From positions 1 through 64,000 of IMG/VR virus record IMGVR_UViG_2930430511_000001: 64,000 bases of DNA; one strand, written 5' to 3'. Below, piece after piece: positions 56,016-64,000 of this stretch. A program made the translations under genes and the position numbers. Within the stretch, counting starts at the first letter, position 1. Each line of letters opens with the position of its first letter. The stretch is from a virus. Lineage: Duplodnaviria > Caudoviricetes. The notes beneath the pieces were generated by a model. The model saw only the letters and a program-made list of their open reading frames with translations. It was not told where the DNA came from and searched no databases.

Positions 56016-56959
56016 CAGAGACGGCCCTCGGTGAACTCGATGTCGATTTTGAACGTGGTGGTGGCGTCGACGCCGATGCTGCCGGCGTTGGCGGAGCGGG
56101 TGCGCATGCGGGAGATGAACGCGGCGTTGGTGCCGCGCAGGGCTGCGCCGGCGGTGGTGGTCAGGTCGATGGTCTCGACCATCTCGCAGTAGGTGCGGCG
56201 CGGTGCGCTGCCTTGGTTGTCGTCGATGTTGACCCACTGGGCGGCTTCGATGCCGCCGAGCATGAACCGGAAGCCTCCCCAGACGTTGCCGTCATCCAGG
56301 CGGATGTTCGACCCCGAGAAGATCACCTTCGCAGAGGCGGCCCACACCGGGATAGCGATCGTGGCCATCGTCAGGTTGGGGAAGGACTTCCACGTCTCCG
56401 AGGTGCCGGAGATCTCCACCAGCGGGTCTTGGGCGTAGTACGGGTAGAGGATCCGCTCCCGGCGCGGGTTGGCCACCCGCCGCAGGTCCACGATCATCGC
56501 GCTGGTGATCGTGGCCGTGGATGACGGTATGTCGATCCGGGCCAGCGGGATCGCCGAGTAGCCAGCCGGCACCGTCGTCGCCGAGCTGGAAACGTTAGAG
56601 ATCACGTCGAAGTAGGCGCAGTTCGACGGGTCGCGGGAGCCCTCGTATTCAGGGTCTTCGACTCGCAGCACCAGCATGTCGGAGCGGGTCGTGCCGCCGG
56701 TCGCGGAGATACTGACCGTGGCAGCGCCGATGTTGTACGTGTTGTAGCTGCCCTGTACCGGGCTGACCCGGCCGATGATCGTGGCCGAGCCGTCCGCGAC
56801 CTGCACACCCGCGCCGGGCGTGGACAGAGCCGTCACCTTCAGGTGGTCGCCTTCGGTGATGCCCTCATTTGCCCTGGACAAGTCGCGGACCATCATCCTG
56901 AACATCTGCGCGGTGTGCTCGCCGCCAGTGACCGCGATCGGGGTGGGCTCGAGTGCCAT
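56015..56959 (-). CDS. Minor tail protein
   Basis: RSDMLVLRVEDPEY, IPLARIDIP, IVDLR; synteny. Confidence 0.78.
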   Translation of the reverse strand: MALEPTPIAVTGGEHTAQMFRMMVRDLSRANEGITEGDHLKVTALSTPGAGVQVADGSATIIGRVSPVQGSYNTYNIGAATVSISATGGTTRSDMLVLRVEDPEYEGSRDPSNCAYFDVISNVSSSATTVPAGYSAIPLARIDIPSSTATITSAMIVDLRRVANPRRERILYPYYAQDPLVEISGTSETWKSFPNLTMATIAIPVWAASAKVIFSGSNIRLDDGNVWGGFRFMLGGIEAAQWVNIDDNQGSAPRRTYCEMVETIDLTTTAGAALRGTNAAFISRMRTRSANAGSIGVDATTTFKIDIEFTEGRL

Positions 56960-56967
56960 CTGTGCTC

Positions 56968-57864
56968 CTAGAGGGCCTTGTAGGCGGGCCACCAGGTGAC
57001 GGCCAGCGTGGACGTGAGGGTCAGGTCAACAGCCGTCCACTGGATCTCGTTCAGGCCCGGTGTCAGGACGAACTGGTCGATGCGCGAGGTGGGCGTCAGT
57101 GAGGCGCCGCCGCCGTTGTTGCGCAGGACGGTGCGCCAACCTGGGCGGGTGTCGATCTGCACCCACTCCCCCGCGGCGATCGACGCCTGAACCTCGAGGA
57201 CCCGCCCGGAGGCAACGTGCGTGATGCGGGGGTTCGCGCACGGCCCGTTGATCTGGATGACCGGCCAGGTATCCGCGGTCCCCTCCACCTCGAGGAACCC
57301 GGGCCGGCCGACGGCGGCGGGGTCGCCCGCGATCTCGAAGGGGAACGCCAAGGGGAAGCTCATGCCGCCTTCGGTGAGCCCGCCGAGCGGCATGGACGTG
57401 GTGCCGGGCTCGTCGGCGTAGTAGAGGTAGTCGCCGGCCTGGAACTCGATGTCCAGCGGGACCCAGCCATGCCGGTAGCGGGCCACGTCCGGCTCCAGCT
57501 TGCGGAGGCGCCCGCGGACCGTGCGGGCCGGGCGGCCGGGGAACTTGAGGCGGAGGTCCATGGTGGTGCCGCCCGCGCCACGCACCGCCGGAGTGTCCGC
57601 GTCGGCCTGGAGGTCGGCGAGAACGTCCCACACGGTGGTGGCGTCGCCGGGGACTTTGACAGCGGCGTCGAGGCGGAGGGTGCGGCCGGCGTAGTAGTCG
57701 ACGCCGAGCCACGTGCCGTCCTCCCCCGCCGGTTCGACGTCGCCGGTGCGCAGGGGCGGCTGACCTAGGCCCTCGATCGCGGCGATCGTGACCGGGGTGC
57801 CCTTGCCGATGAGGAGGCCGCCGAGCTGATGCTGGCCGTCCTCGAGCTCTACGGGTGTGGTCAT
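56968..57864 (-). CDS. Distal tail protein (Dit)
   Basis: Directly after TMP; WPVIQINGPCANP, LTPGLNEI. Confidence 0.82.
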   Translation of the reverse strand: MTTPVELEDGQHQLGGLLIGKGTPVTIAAIEGLGQPPLRTGDVEPAGEDGTWLGVDYYAGRTLRLDAAVKVPGDATTVWDVLADLQADADTPAVRGAGGTTMDLRLKFPGRPARTVRGRLRKLEPDVARYRHGWVPLDIEFQAGDYLYYADEPGTTSMPLGGLTEGGMSFPLAFPFEIAGDPAAVGRPGFLEVEGTADTWPVIQINGPCANPRITHVASGRVLEVQASIAAGEWVQIDTRPGWRTVLRNNGGGASLTPTSRIDQFVLTPGLNEIQWTAVDLTLTSTLAVTWWPAYKAL

Positions 57865-60800
57865 CGGGCTGCCGCCCCTCCTCGGGCCAGGCGCCGCAGC
57901 TGGTAGGCGTTGCGGGCGTCGATGTCGCGGGCCAGGTCCTTGGAGCGGCCGTGGTCGGCGACGTGGAAGTGGGTCTCGCCGACGAGGGGGCCCTGTTCGC
58001 GGATGACGACGATGCGGCCGGCGTTGGCGTCGGTGAGGCCGACGCCGAACCTGTTGGCAACTTCGGACAGGACGTTGGTGGCGCTCGCGCGCTTGTTGGC
58101 GCCGAGGGGGATGTACGCCTCGCCGCCGGTGGCCGGCTCCGCAAAGGTGACGGCGCCGGCGCGGGTGCCGTAGATGCCGGGCCGGATGCCGCCGTTGGCG
58201 TAGGCCAGCCCCTTCTGCGCCTTGGTCAGATCGGAGAGGAAGCGGGTGGAGCGGGACCCGAGGCTGCTCTTGATCTGGGTGGCGGCCTTGGTGGCGACGG
58301 CGACGATGTCCTCCTCGCCGAGGCCGGTGGTGGCGGCGACGTCGTGGATGCCGGTCTTGCTGGACTTGACTGCGGCGATGATCTGCACCAGCTGGGACAG
58401 CTCGTCGCCGGTCAGGGTCTTGCTGGCGTTCTTCGCCGATGTGTTCGCTTCCTTGGCCTTGGAGCTGGACTTGGCTGCCTGCGCGGCGATCTTCTGCGCG
58501 GCCTCGTCACCCTGCCCTGCCAGCTGCATGGCGAGGTCGCCGTAGCCCATGCCGGCGAGCTTCGCGAGGTTCGCCTGGAACGCGCTGGACGTCTTCGTCG
58601 AGGCGTTGAGCTGCTTGGTGTAGTCCGCGAGGGTCGCCTTGGCAAGCGGGGCGAGCTTGCGGAGGTTGGCGACGATGTCCGCGAACTGCTTCTTGCTGGC
58701 CCGCGCGAGGGCGGAGACCATTGCGGCGCCGTCGTTGCCCATGTCGCGGAGCTGGTCGATGACGTCAGCTCCCGCGCCTCGGGCTGCGATCTTTGTGAGG
58801 TTCGATTCCCAGCTCGAGTTCGCCGACACCGCGCTCTTCAGCGTCTTCTGCCAGTCGGAGAGGGAGAACGTCTTCTTGTACCGGCTCTCGGCGTTGCGGG
58901 CTTTGTCGGTGGCGGTGGCCAGGGAGCGGCGGGCCTTGGCCACCGAGTTCTCGGCGGACACCAGCTGGGCGTGGGTGTGCTTGTGACGGCGGACCTGACG
59001 CAGGCGGGCCTCCGCCGCGCGCAGCGTGTCCACGGCGTTGGCGCGGCCGCGGATCGCTTTGTTGTAGTCGTCCTTGCTGATCGACTGGTGGGCGTCGCTG
59101 TAGGTGGACTGGACGTCGGAGACGGTCTTGCGCATCCCGGTCGGGGTGTAGGAGAAGCCGCCGGAGTCGAACTGCTGGGCGTGCACAGCGCCGTCGGCGT
59201 TCCAGGCGATGCCTTTGCCGCCGAGCCGGCGCACGGTCTCTTCGGCGATGGCGCGGGAGCGGCTGCGCTTGGTCGCGGCCAGGGGGATGTATGCCTCGCC
59301 GCCGGTCTCGTCCTCGGCCCACACGCGCCATTCGCCTGGCCGTGCAATCTGCGCTACGTGCTGCTCGCGCATGCCGCCGCCGGCGAAGTGGCTGACCTGG
59401 ACGGAGCCGTCGGCATCGAACCTGTACCCGCCCGCGTATGGGCCCGGGTTCGACTTGCGGACGATGGTGTCGATGAACGTCTTCTTGTAGATGCTGATGG
59501 TCGCCGAGCTGCCCCGCACGCTGTTGATCGCGGATTGGATTGCAGCAACCTGTGCCCTGGGGCCTCCGGTCGGCACGCTGACGGTGACGGTTTTCCCGTT
59601 CGTCGACTTGATTTTGAAGCCGAGGAGTTCCAGTTGACGGCGGCCCTCCGCGGTGGGCACGTTCATCGTGATGGTCTTGCCGTGCTGCTGTTGTACCGCT
59701 GCCTTGAGGTTCTCGAGGTCGCGGAGTGCACCCGCGGTCTTCGCTGACATGCTGAGGGCCTTGCCGCCCGGTATCGCCTGCATCTGCTTGAGGAGGTTGG
59801 CGAGGTCGGCTTTCGCGGCCGCGGTTTTGGCGGTGACCTTGTATTCGCGGGTGCCGGGGATGAGCTTTACGGTGTAGCCGAGCTCCTCGAGCTTCTTCTT
59901 CGCGTCGTCGGAGAGCGTGTCGACCTTGACGGTCTTCGACTTGGGGACCTTCGCGAACTCGGCTTGGACGGCGAGGAGCTCGGCGAGGGTGGAGTCGACG
60001 CCCTTGGTCTGGAGGAGGATCGACACCTGGCCGGGGATGAGGCCCATGGCGTCGGCGACACCCTGGGCCTGCTTCGTCGACAGGCCGTAGCCCTCACCCA
60101 GCTTGATGGCGGCGTCGCGCGCCCGCTGCATCTCCGCCTGCGACGCCTTGAGTGACTCGGGCAGGCTTTTGTTCTGTGACTGGGCGAACTCGAACGCCTT
60201 GATCGCGGCGTCGCTGGATCCGTCGGCGATGTTGTTGAGGGTGTTGAAGAGGGACTGTCCGTTCTTCGTGGTCGTGTCGATCGTGCCGTTGGTCTTGACG
60301 AGGGCTTTTCCCCAGCCGTCGGCCTTGTTGACGCCGGCGGACATCGCTTCGTTGGCCTGCGTGATGGCTTCGTTGACGCGGGCCTGGGCGGCTTGGAGGC
60401 TGATGCTGCCGCCGGACAGTAGGTCGAGGGAGGCGCGCAGGGCGCGGGTGCGGGAGTCGGCGTCGCCGGTCTTGTCGGCGAGCTCAGCAACGGAGTCCTT
60501 GAGCCGCTGGTAGGCGGAGACGCCGTCATCCGATCCCTTCTGCGCTGCCGCCAGCTCCTTGGCGGCCTGGGCGGAGTCCTTCATCTCCCCCTTCATGCCG
60601 GCGAGGGCCTGGGCGGCGTCCTTGGCGGACTTGCCCACGGGGTCGATGTCGGTGACCACGCCGCCGCCGGAGGCGACGGAGACTTTGGTGTGGGCCTCGG
60701 CGACCGCTTCCAACTGCTTCTGGAGGGTGCCCAGGCTCTTACCTTCGCCGAGGTAGGAGTCGGTGAGGCTCTTGAGGGAGACGCCGGAGCGACGCATGAC

Positions 60801-63278
60801 GTCGACGAGTTTCTGGCGGCCGTCGCCGACCTTCATGTCCTGGATCTGCTGCGCGGCCACCGCGCGGACGTTCTCGTCGATGGCGCCCTTGGACTCGCGC
60901 AGCGCCTGGGCAAGGCTGGCGATGCGGTGGTCGTGCTCGGCGGCGGCCTGGGCTGCCTTTTGCTGGGCGCTGGCGAGCAGGCCGAGACCGACGGTCGCGA
61001 CGCCGATGGCTACGCCCCATGGTCCGCCGAGGGCGGAGACCAGTCCTCCCATGGCGGACCGCAGGCCGGTTCCCGCGGCCGCGGCGACGCCCCGGAGGGT
61101 GCCGGTGAACCCGGATCCGGCGGCGGCCGCGGTGCGGAAGCTCCCGGCCATCTGCCCGATGACGGGTACGCGGGCTTGGAGGACGGAGAAGGCGGCGCCG
61201 TAGCGGGAGAGGGACTGGCCGGCGGTTGCGGCGAGGTTGCGCTGGACGGCCATTTGCTGTGCCAGGGACTGGAAGGCTCCGGTGACGCGGCCGCGGACGG
61301 TGCTGGCGATTCCTGACAGTGGCCCCTGGACGGTGCGGAACAGGAGCATCGCGGCAACGGCGGCCTGCACTGGCCCGGGGAGGGAGCCGAAGGCGGAGAC
61401 AATCCCGCCTATGACGTGACCGATGGGGCCGAGGATGCCGGACAGCCAGCCGAGCACGGAGAGGATCGCGTCCAGCGCCATCGTGGCGATGTCGATGGCG
61501 CTGCCCAGGCCAGACGATCCGTGGGCAAGGGAGGAGAAGCCGCTCACGACGGGCTGGATGAAGGAAACGATGTTGTCGAAGACCTCGCCGGCGGTGTCGC
61601 CGATGGACAGCAGCGCGTGCAGGACCTGAGCGAGGGCGTGCTCACCGAAATCTTTGAGGGGGCCGACCATTCCGGAGACGCTCTTGCCGATGGCGGAGAA
61701 CTTGCTGGACAGGGCGGCACCGATCTCCGGGCCGAAGAGCGTGGCCGCGCTGTTGAGGTACTGGAAGAATTTTTCGATCTTCGGGGTGGCGGCGGACAGT
61801 CCCTTAGTGATGCCGCGGGTCAGCCACTCCATCCCCGGGGCCATGCCCTGGTAGATGGCGAGACCGGTCTGGCGCGCCTGAGTTTTGAGGCCGAGCATGG
61901 CGCCGGCGAGGCCCTTGCCCTTGGCGGCGGCAATGTCGGCAGCCGAGCCGCTCTGCTTGACCGCGACCATCAGCGCATCGAAGGAATCGACGCCCTGGTG
62001 GGCCATGGCTATGGCACCGGACATCGCCGGCTTGCCCATGCTCTTCTTTACGGCGGCCGCGAAGTCCTGCTGCGTCATCTCGTGCTGGGCGTGGCTCAAT
62101 CCGTCGATGACGTAGCGCAAGCCCTTGAACTGTCCGGATGCGTCCCACGCTTCGATGCCCATGGCCTTGAGGCCTTCGATCATCTGCGGGGTCGGGGCGG
62201 CCAGGTTGGCCATCATGCCGCGCAGCGTCGTACCGGCGGTCTGGCCGAGGATGCCGGCCTTGCCGAGCATGCCGACCGCGGACGCGGTCTCCTCGATGCT
62301 GACGCCGAGGCCGTGCGCGACCGGCCCGGCGTATTTCATGGCGTAGTAGATGTCCTGGATGTCACCGGAGGCGGCGTTCGCGGTGGAGGCCAGGGTGTCG
62401 GCGGCGCGGGATGCCTGGTCTGCGCCCATGCCGAATTGGTCCATGATGTCGCCGAGGTATTTGGCGCTGTCGGCGGCGTTGACCTGGGCGGCGGACGCCA
62501 GGCGCAGGGATGCGCTGGTCGCGCTGATGGCCTGGTCGGTCCTGAATCCCGCCTTGGCCAGCTCGACCATCGCCTCGGCGGCGTCTCCGGCGGTCGCGCC
62601 CGGCAGGGACAGGTCGTTGCCGAGCTGGTTGGCGGTGGCCGCGGCGCGCTTCATCTGCATCTGCGTCGCGCCGGTCACCGCGCCGAAGCTGTTCATCTGC
62701 TGCTGGTACTCGTTGCCCTCCTTGACCATCTCCCCCAGGCCCATGACCAGCGCTCCGCCGGACAGGAGCGCGGCCATGCTGCGGAGCTGGCCGTGGGCGC
62801 GGCCGGTCTCGCCAGCGAAGCGGCGCATGGAGGCGACGCCGCGGGCGCCGACCCGGTCGGTCTGGGTGGCTGCGGTGCGGGCGGCGACGGCCAGGCGCTG
62901 GAGGTCGTGCACGGCGGTGGTGATCTGGCCACGCATGCGGGAGATGTCCCGGGAAGCGTTGCGGCTGTTGGAGCCGAGGCGGTCCATGTTCCGCTGGGCG
63001 GTGCGGGCGGCGTCGCCGTAGCGGTGCAGGTTGCGGCCAGCGTCGCGGGCGGCGTTACCCAGGCGCTGGATGTCGCGGGCGGCTGCGCGGGCCTCGTTGC
63101 CGAGGGAGCGGAGGTTGCCGCGGGCGGAGCGTGCGGCGGTGTCGAGTTGGCGGACGCCGGTCCGGGCCCGAGTAAGGGACTGGTCGAGGGTGCGGGCGTG
63201 GGTGGCGGACTCGCGGAGGGCACGGGCCAGCGACGTGCCGTTGCCCCGCAGGTCAACGGACAGGTTCCAGTTCGCCAC
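57861..63278 (-). CDS. Tail tape measure protein (TP901/PhageMin_Tail core)
   Basis: 1805 aa, Ala/Gly-rich, AAEAMVELAKAG, KYAGPVA, GQTAGTTLR. Confidence 0.95.
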   Translation of the reverse strand: MANWNLSVDLRGNGTSLARALRESATHARTLDQSLTRARTGVRQLDTAARSARGNLRSLGNEARAAARDIQRLGNAARDAGRNLHRYGDAARTAQRNMDRLGSNSRNASRDISRMRGQITTAVHDLQRLAVAARTAATQTDRVGARGVASMRRFAGETGRAHGQLRSMAALLSGGALVMGLGEMVKEGNEYQQQMNSFGAVTGATQMQMKRAAATANQLGNDLSLPGATAGDAAEAMVELAKAGFRTDQAISATSASLRLASAAQVNAADSAKYLGDIMDQFGMGADQASRAADTLASTANAASGDIQDIYYAMKYAGPVAHGLGVSIEETASAVGMLGKAGILGQTAGTTLRGMMANLAAPTPQMIEGLKAMGIEAWDASGQFKGLRYVIDGLSHAQHEMTQQDFAAAVKKSMGKPAMSGAIAMAHQGVDSFDALMVAVKQSGSAADIAAAKGKGLAGAMLGLKTQARQTGLAIYQGMAPGMEWLTRGITKGLSAATPKIEKFFQYLNSAATLFGPEIGAALSSKFSAIGKSVSGMVGPLKDFGEHALAQVLHALLSIGDTAGEVFDNIVSFIQPVVSGFSSLAHGSSGLGSAIDIATMALDAILSVLGWLSGILGPIGHVIGGIVSAFGSLPGPVQAAVAAMLLFRTVQGPLSGIASTVRGRVTGAFQSLAQQMAVQRNLAATAGQSLSRYGAAFSVLQARVPVIGQMAGSFRTAAAAGSGFTGTLRGVAAAAGTGLRSAMGGLVSALGGPWGVAIGVATVGLGLLASAQQKAAQAAAEHDHRIASLAQALRESKGAIDENVRAVAAQQIQDMKVGDGRQKLVDVMRRSGVSLKSLTDSYLGEGKSLGTLQKQLEAVAEAHTKVSVASGGGVVTDIDPVGKSAKDAAQALAGMKGEMKDSAQAAKELAAAQKGSDDGVSAYQRLKDSVAELADKTGDADSRTRALRASLDLLSGGSISLQAAQARVNEAITQANEAMSAGVNKADGWGKALVKTNGTIDTTTKNGQSLFNTLNNIADGSSDAAIKAFEFAQSQNKSLPESLKASQAEMQRARDAAIKLGEGYGLSTKQAQGVADAMGLIPGQVSILLQTKGVDSTLAELLAVQAEFAKVPKSKTVKVDTLSDDAKKKLEELGYTVKLIPGTREYKVTAKTAAAKADLANLLKQMQAIPGGKALSMSAKTAGALRDLENLKAAVQQQHGKTITMNVPTAEGRRQLELLGFKIKSTNGKTVTVSVPTGGPRAQVAAIQSAINSVRGSSATISIYKKTFIDTIVRKSNPGPYAGGYRFDADGSVQVSHFAGGGMREQHVAQIARPGEWRVWAEDETGGEAYIPLAATKRSRSRAIAEETVRRLGGKGIAWNADGAVHAQQFDSGGFSYTPTGMRKTVSDVQSTYSDAHQSISKDDYNKAIRGRANAVDTLRAAEARLRQVRRHKHTHAQLVSAENSVAKARRSLATATDKARNAESRYKKTFSLSDWQKTLKSAVSANSSWESNLTKIAARGAGADVIDQLRDMGNDGAAMVSALARASKKQFADIVANLRKLAPLAKATLADYTKQLNASTKTSSAFQANLAKLAGMGYGDLAMQLAGQGDEAAQKIAAQAAKSSSKAKEANTSAKNASKTLTGDELSQLVQIIAAVKSSKTGIHDVAATTGLGEEDIVAVATKAATQIKSSLGSRSTRFLSDLTKAQKGLAYANGGIRPGIYGTRAGAVTFAEPATGGEAYIPLGANKRASATNVLSEVANRFGVGLTDANAGRIVVIREQGPLVGETHFHVADHGRSKDLARDIDARNAYQLRRLARGGAAAR

Positions 63279-63293
63279 CGGCCCCGCTCCCTT

Positions 63294-63707
63294 CTATTCG
63301 TCGTCTTCGAACTTGCGTCGCTGCTTGGCTTGCAGCTGCTTCATCGCTTCTGTCGCGGCGTGCACCGCTGCGGGGATGAGCAGGACTTTCTTGCCGTGGC
63401 TGCTGGAGTCGTCGGTCTTGAGTGAGTCCTGTTTGTCGGCGATGACCCGGCAGCCGATGCACAGGTGGGTGACGGCGACGTAGGCGTCCTCGGTGTCGTC
63501 GTCTCCGCCCTGGTCCCAGTCCTCAGCGCGGGTGCCGCACTGCGAGCACACCGAGCGTTGGTAGTCGCGGTAGGCGAGTGCCTTAGCGCGGTCGCGGGAT
63601 GTCCATTCGCCGGTGCCCAGGCCGCGGAACTGTGAGTGGGGGATGCCCCACCGGTCGCACAGTTCGAGTTCGCCGCGTAGTCGGGCATCGGCGATCAGCC
63701 TTTTCCC
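63294..63707 (-). CDS. Tail assembly chaperone, -1 frameshift extension (gpT part)
   Basis: Frame opens across GGGAAAA; lies between chaperone and TMP. Confidence 0.8.
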   Translation of the reverse strand, partial: GKRLIADARLRGELELCDRWGIPHSQFRGLGTGEWTSRDRAKALAYRDYQRSVCSQCGTRAEDWDQGGDDDTEDAYVAVTHLCIGCRVIADKQDSLKTDDSSSHGKKVLLIPAAVHAATEAMKQLQAKQRRKFEDDE

Positions 63708-64000
63708 AGGTCCAGGCGCGACTCCAACTGCACGTTCCATGCGGTGGAGAACAGGGCGCCGGCCTCGGCGTCGGACCAGGTGTCGAGGAACTCGCGGGCC
63801 TGCTCCTCGGTCATCCCGTCGAGGTTGGAGGCGGCGACGAGCGCCGGGCCGAGGGTGTCGGCGTTGATTTCGAAGCCGTCTTCAGCCTGCTCCTCGGTCG
63901 GCGGGTGGGCCTTCTTCAGCTCGTCGAGGGCGGTGCGCTCCAGTGCCCGGAACGTCAGGACGATGGAAGCTTCGTCGACGGCGGTCTGCGCCTTCGCGAC
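63695..64000 (-). CDS. Tail assembly chaperone (gpG part), 5' truncated by the window
   Basis: ...TFRAL..AHPPTEEQ...SRLDLGKG*. Confidence 0.85.
   Translation of the reverse strand, partial: VAKAQTAVDEASIVLTFRALERTALDELKKAHPPTEEQAEDGFEINADTLGPALVAASNLDGMTEEQAREFLDTWSDAEAGALFSTAWNVQLESRLDLGKG
63701..63707 (-). other. Programmed -1 ribosomal frameshift slippery site G GGA AAA
   Basis: XXXYYYZ heptamer, in frame, one codon before the chaperone stop. Confidence 0.85.

Larger units (their letters stand above)
1..64000. mobile_element. Actinobacterial phage-plasmid / plasmidial siphovirus prophage (partial)
   Basis: Tail and lysis operon together with parABS, Rep-like, DnaB/DciA and KilB; no host housekeeping genes. 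Confidence 0.88.

Noticed and set aside
58090-59330. Duplicated AE..TGGEAYIPL motif in the tape measure protein
   Set aside because: A common C-terminal motif of actinophage tape measure proteins.

Overview
High-GC actinobacterial (Streptomyces-like) phage-plasmid or plasmidial prophage. The right end (47.4-64 kb, minus strand) is a siphovirus late operon: frameshifted tail chaperone, tape measure, Dit and minor tails, C1 peptidase, endolysin, holin and a collagen/SGNH fibre. The middle (17.5-42 kb, mostly minus) carries plasmid maintenance and early genes: Rep-like HTH, DciA, ParA/ParB with four parS-like palindromes, SSB, RusA, Rad52-like annealase, two WhiB-like proteins, HNH, GIY-YIG, NERD and a PAPS-reductase-like gene. 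The left end (0-17.4 kb, plus) has DnaB and an accessory region. Best candidates for new biology: (1) a type III polyketide synthase paired with an XRE/MmyB ligand-binding regulator, a possible small-molecule signalling circuit; (2) a candidate acr-aca2 operon with an operator palindrome and a 5'-UTR hairpin; (3) a 9.9 kb segment bounded by 42-61 bp inverted repeats that holds a three-gene tyrosine-recombinase operon and a divergent promoter switch; (4) an array of small genes joined by an identical 20-bp stop-RBS-start junction; (5) three promoter classes readable from sequence: operator-overlapped, GGGGCAA-N19, and PafBC/RecA-NDp-like. All family assignments are from motif recognition by eye, not from database searches.
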